Part shown: piece by piece, positions 61,520 through 64,000 of the stretch | Position numbering within the stretch: position 1 is the stretch's first letter | Layout of the letters: each line of letters opens with the position of its first letter | Origin: an uncultured delta proteobacterium | Lineage (GTDB): Bacteria > Myxococcota > Kuafuiibacteriia > Kuafuiibacteriales > Kuafuiibacteriaceae | Direction of reading: 5' to 3' | NCBI GenBank assembly: GCA_963803435.1 | Contig: CAWDML010000001.1 | Coordinates: forward strand, 320,001 to 384,000 | Length of the DNA stretch: 64,000 bases | The notes under the pieces: model-generated | Told to the model about the DNA's origin: nothing | Databases searched by the model: none | What the model saw: the letters and a program-made list of their open reading frames with translations, nothing else | Program-made: the position numbers and the translations under genes

Positions 61520-61589
61520 ATCGGGACCCGGACCGGGACCGGGACCCGGACCGGGGTCGCGTGAGCGCTTACGCGCTACACGCTCCTAG
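61520..61589 (-). repeat. Right long inverted repeat with hexamer array
   Basis: Reverse complement reads CTAGGAGCGTGTAGCGCGTAAGCGCTCACGCGACCCCGGTCCGGGTCCCGGTCCCGGTCCGGGTCCCGAT. Confidence 0.92.
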
Positions 61590-61696
61590 GAGACTTGCTA
61601 GAGAAGCGTGACAAGATGGACGACTTTTTGGCGATCTGAGAACTGTTGCCTGAGCTGCGCGACCCCGATCAGCACGACAGCAGGAGCGTCGCTCCG

Positions 61697-62968
61697 CTAG
61701 AAGTACGCCCTCAGCTCCGCGAGCGCGGTGATCGGATACGCGCCCTGCTCGCTCCGGAGGCGGATCGTCTCGGTGGCGGCGTCGAGAAGCTCGGGGTGGG
61801 GGCCCACCGGCACCGAGAGGAGGAAGGAGACCTCCACCTCGTCGAGCAGCGAGTAGACCAGATACAGCGACAGCGAGAACGAGCGATCGGTCCAGTTGAC
61901 CAGGGCGAGGGCGTCGGCGGTGAGGAGGGGGGTGACCTCGTAGCCGGCGCCGAGGGCGGTGTAGTGGCGTCCGAGGTACAGAGGGCCGGTCGCCAGGTTG
62001 GGATCGATCGGCGTTGCCAGGTAGTCCGCGGGATCGGTGCTTCCGCTGCCGTGGTACAGCTGCTCGAGGCGCAGGTGGAGCGTGCTCTCGAACCGGTGCT
62101 CGAGGCCGAACGCGAGCTCGGCGCGGTTCTTGTCCTGATCGCGCTCGGCAAAGCCGTAGTGGCCCTCGGCGCGCACGCCCAGCCACTCGAACAGCTCGCC
62201 CTGGAGACCGCCGCCGATCACCCAGTAGGCGGGGATCTTGCCGCCCAGGATCGACCACTCGACGTCGAGGAGCGTGGTGGCGAAGCGTCCGATGAACGAG
62301 GAGGCGGTGAAGGATGGTGGATCGTCGACGGCCGGGTCCGATCCGAGCGCGCGGTCGAAGCCGAGCACGCCGAGGAGCGTCAGCTGAGTGAGGTCTCCGA
62401 GCTGGAGCTCGGCGCGGATGGCGTCGACGCCGGGCTTGTAGACGCGGAAGAAGGTGGTGGCGGAGAACGCCTGGAAGAAGTCGTTGGGCGTGAAGTAGTA
62501 CGTGGTCGCCAGGTTGATGGGCTGGCGGCCGATCGTCAGCACGAGCGCCCCCAGATCGACGCGCAGGTTGAGGCGATCGACGGCGAGCTCGGCCGAGGTG
62601 CCGCCGCGGTGATACCACCGCCAGGTGAGGCCGGCGAAGCGACCGGCCTCCGTGACGTCGAAGCCGCCGCCGCCGCCGCCGGTGAGCAGGACCGCGCTCG
62701 AGGCGCCCGACAGGAGCTGGAACACGTGCGCCTCCACCGAGACCTTGCCCAGCGAGAGGCTCCCGATCAGCCTGAGGATCCCGCCCGAGGTGTCGAAGGT
62801 CCGCTCCGCGAACGGCGCGGGTACGCCGTCGATCGTGGCCAGACGGCCGCCCCCTGCGTTCACGCGCGCGCTCCCGGTCAGCTCCAGGGTCTCCGACTCG
62901 TAGAACGCCTGGGCCGGCCACGGAGCGAGGGCGACCATCGCGAGGGCCAGGGCGGGCGCCGTCTTCAC
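61697..62968 (-). CDS. Outer-membrane beta-barrel protein associated with the ABC exporter
   Basis: Signal peptide; DRLNL..IGRQPI....F.PND.F...KPGVDA; C-terminal ELRAYF beta-signal. Confidence 0.82.
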   Translation of the reverse strand: MKTAPALALAMVALAPWPAQAFYESETLELTGSARVNAGGGRLATIDGVPAPFAERTFDTSGGILRLIGSLSLGKVSVEAHVFQLLSGASSAVLLTGGGGGGFDVTEAGRFAGLTWRWYHRGGTSAELAVDRLNLRVDLGALVLTIGRQPINLATTYYFTPNDFFQAFSATTFFRVYKPGVDAIRAELQLGDLTQLTLLGVLGFDRALGSDPAVDDPPSFTASSFIGRFATTLLDVEWSILGGKIPAYWVIGGGLQGELFEWLGVRAEGHYGFAERDQDKNRAELAFGLEHRFESTLHLRLEQLYHGSGSTDPADYLATPIDPNLATGPLYLGRHYTALGAGYEVTPLLTADALALVNWTDRSFSLSLYLVYSLLDEVEVSFLLSVPVGPHPELLDAATETIRLRSEQGAYPITALAELRAYF

Positions 62969-63657
62969 GCGGCGACCTCGTCCGCCTCCACGTGTCCGTC
63001 GCGCATGCGCACGATTCGCCGCGCGCGCTGCATCACCCGATCGTCGTGGGTGGAGAAGACGAACGTGACCCCGTGATCCCGGTTGAGCTGCTCCATGAGC
63101 GCGAGCAGCGCCTCGGCGGTCTCGGAGTCGACGTTGGCGGTCGGCTCGTCGGCCAGCACGATCGCCGGCTTGGTGACGATCGCCCGCGCGATCGCGACGC
63201 GCTGCTGCTGACCGCCCGAGAGCTCGTCTGGCCGCCGGTTCTCGAGCCCGCCCAGGCCGACCGCCGCCAGCACCTCCATCACCCTGACCCGGCGCTCGGA
63301 CTTGCCGACCTTCTGGAGGTCGAGCACGAACTCGGCGTTCTCGTAGGCCGTCAGCACCGGGATCAGGTTGTACGCCTGGAACACGAAGCCGATCCGATCG
63401 CGCCGCAGCCTCGCCAGCTGTGAGCGTCCGAGCGTGGTCAGGTCGACGCCCTCCACCTCGATCCGCCCCTGATCCGGCACGTCGAGCGCGCCGATCATGT
63501 TCAGCATCGTCGTCTTCCCCGAGCCGGAGGGGCCGACCACGGCGGTGAACTCGCCGCGCTGGAAGTCGAGCGTGACGCCGTCGACGGCGCGGACCTCGAT
63601 CGCGCCCTGGTGGTACGTCCTGGTGACGTTGGAGAGCTCCACGATGTTGTCGTTCAT
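62965..63657 (-). CDS. ABC transporter ATP-binding protein (LolD/MacB-like)
   Basis: GPSGSGKTT; IGFVFQ; LSGGQQQRVAIARA; LADEPT; STHD. Confidence 0.95.
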   Translation of the reverse strand: MNDNIVELSNVTRTYHQGAIEVRAVDGVTLDFQRGEFTAVVGPSGSGKTTMLNMIGALDVPDQGRIEVEGVDLTTLGRSQLARLRRDRIGFVFQAYNLIPVLTAYENAEFVLDLQKVGKSERRVRVMEVLAAVGLGGLENRRPDELSGGQQQRVAIARAIVTKPAIVLADEPTANVDSETAEALLALMEQLNRDHGVTFVFSTHDDRVMQRARRIVRMRDGHVEADEVAA

Positions 63658-63664
63658 CTCGTCC

Positions 63665-64000
63665 TCAGATCTCCTTGAGCGTCTGGACCGGCGGATCGCG
63701 GCCCGCCTGCCAGGCCGGGTAGAGGCCTGCCAGCATGGTCAGAAGGAACACTCCGATCAGGATCGCCGCCACGTTCTCGGGGAACAGGTGCAGCCTCAGA
63801 ACCGGATCGATCAGCACTCCGGAAGCGTCGACGTCGGCACCGTACATCCCGGAGATGTCGATGCCGACGCGCGACATGAACAGGTACCAGGGCCCCGACA
63901 GGATCACACCGACGATCGAGCCCACGATCCCCACCATGAACGCCTCCGCGGTCACCAGGCCGAAGAGCTGGCTCGGCATCGAGCCGACCGCCATCATCAC
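63665..64000 (-). CDS. FtsX-like ABC transporter permease, C-terminal part (truncated by the window edge)
   Basis: M.AVG...EA..VG..G; LAGLYPAWQAGR..PV.TL FtsX C-terminal signature. Confidence 0.88.
   Translation of the reverse strand: MMMAVGSMPSQLFGLVTAEAFMVGIVGSIVGVILSGPWYLFMSRVGIDISGMYGADVDASGVLIDPVLRLHLFPENVAAILIGVFLLTMLAGLYPAWQAGRDPPVQTLKEI

Larger units (their letters stand above)
59583..61585 (+). mobile_element. IS1182-type element with long terminal inverted repeats, flanked by CTAG, carrying a four-helix-bundle passenger gene
   Basis: CTAG at 59579-59582 and 61586-61589; ends are inverted repeats matching at 66 of 70 aligned positions; contains an IS1182 transposase remnant. Confidence 0.85.

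Noticed and set aside
59610-61560. Hexamer arrays as a CRISPR array
   Set aside because: No spacers and no cas genes; the arrays are part of terminal inverted repeats.
61590-61696. Possible further IS end after the right CTAG (GAGACTTGCTAGAG...)
   Set aside because: No matching partner repeat or transposase fragment could be identified.

Overview
High-GC, gene-dense bacterial chromosome segment, most consistent with Myxococcota (three MYXO-CTERM-type surface proteins, many Cys-rich lipoproteins). It holds about 45 genes: housekeeping (lon, gor, carA/carB, maiA, NUDIX, ferritin-like, ABC exporter), two-component genes, many envelope proteins, a rhombosortase directly coupled to a GlyGly-CTERM VIT-vWA target, and an sxtI/J/K-like carbamoyltransferase cassette. 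No rRNA, tRNA or CRISPR array was seen. Two patterns stand out. (1) A nested mobile locus at 58.4-61.6 kb: an intact IS630 sits in the CTAG target copy of a decayed 2-kb IS1182-type element. That element has ~70-bp terminal inverted repeats built partly from hexamer repeats and carries a divergent four-helix-bundle (IVP/Avd-like) passenger gene. (2) Every reading-frame break I found in the non-mobile genes lies at or beside a GATC (mostly read as GATTC/GATT), which points to methylation-induced sequencing errors and hence a host GATC methyltransferase rather than true pseudogenes. All calls come from motif recognition by eye; no database searches were run.
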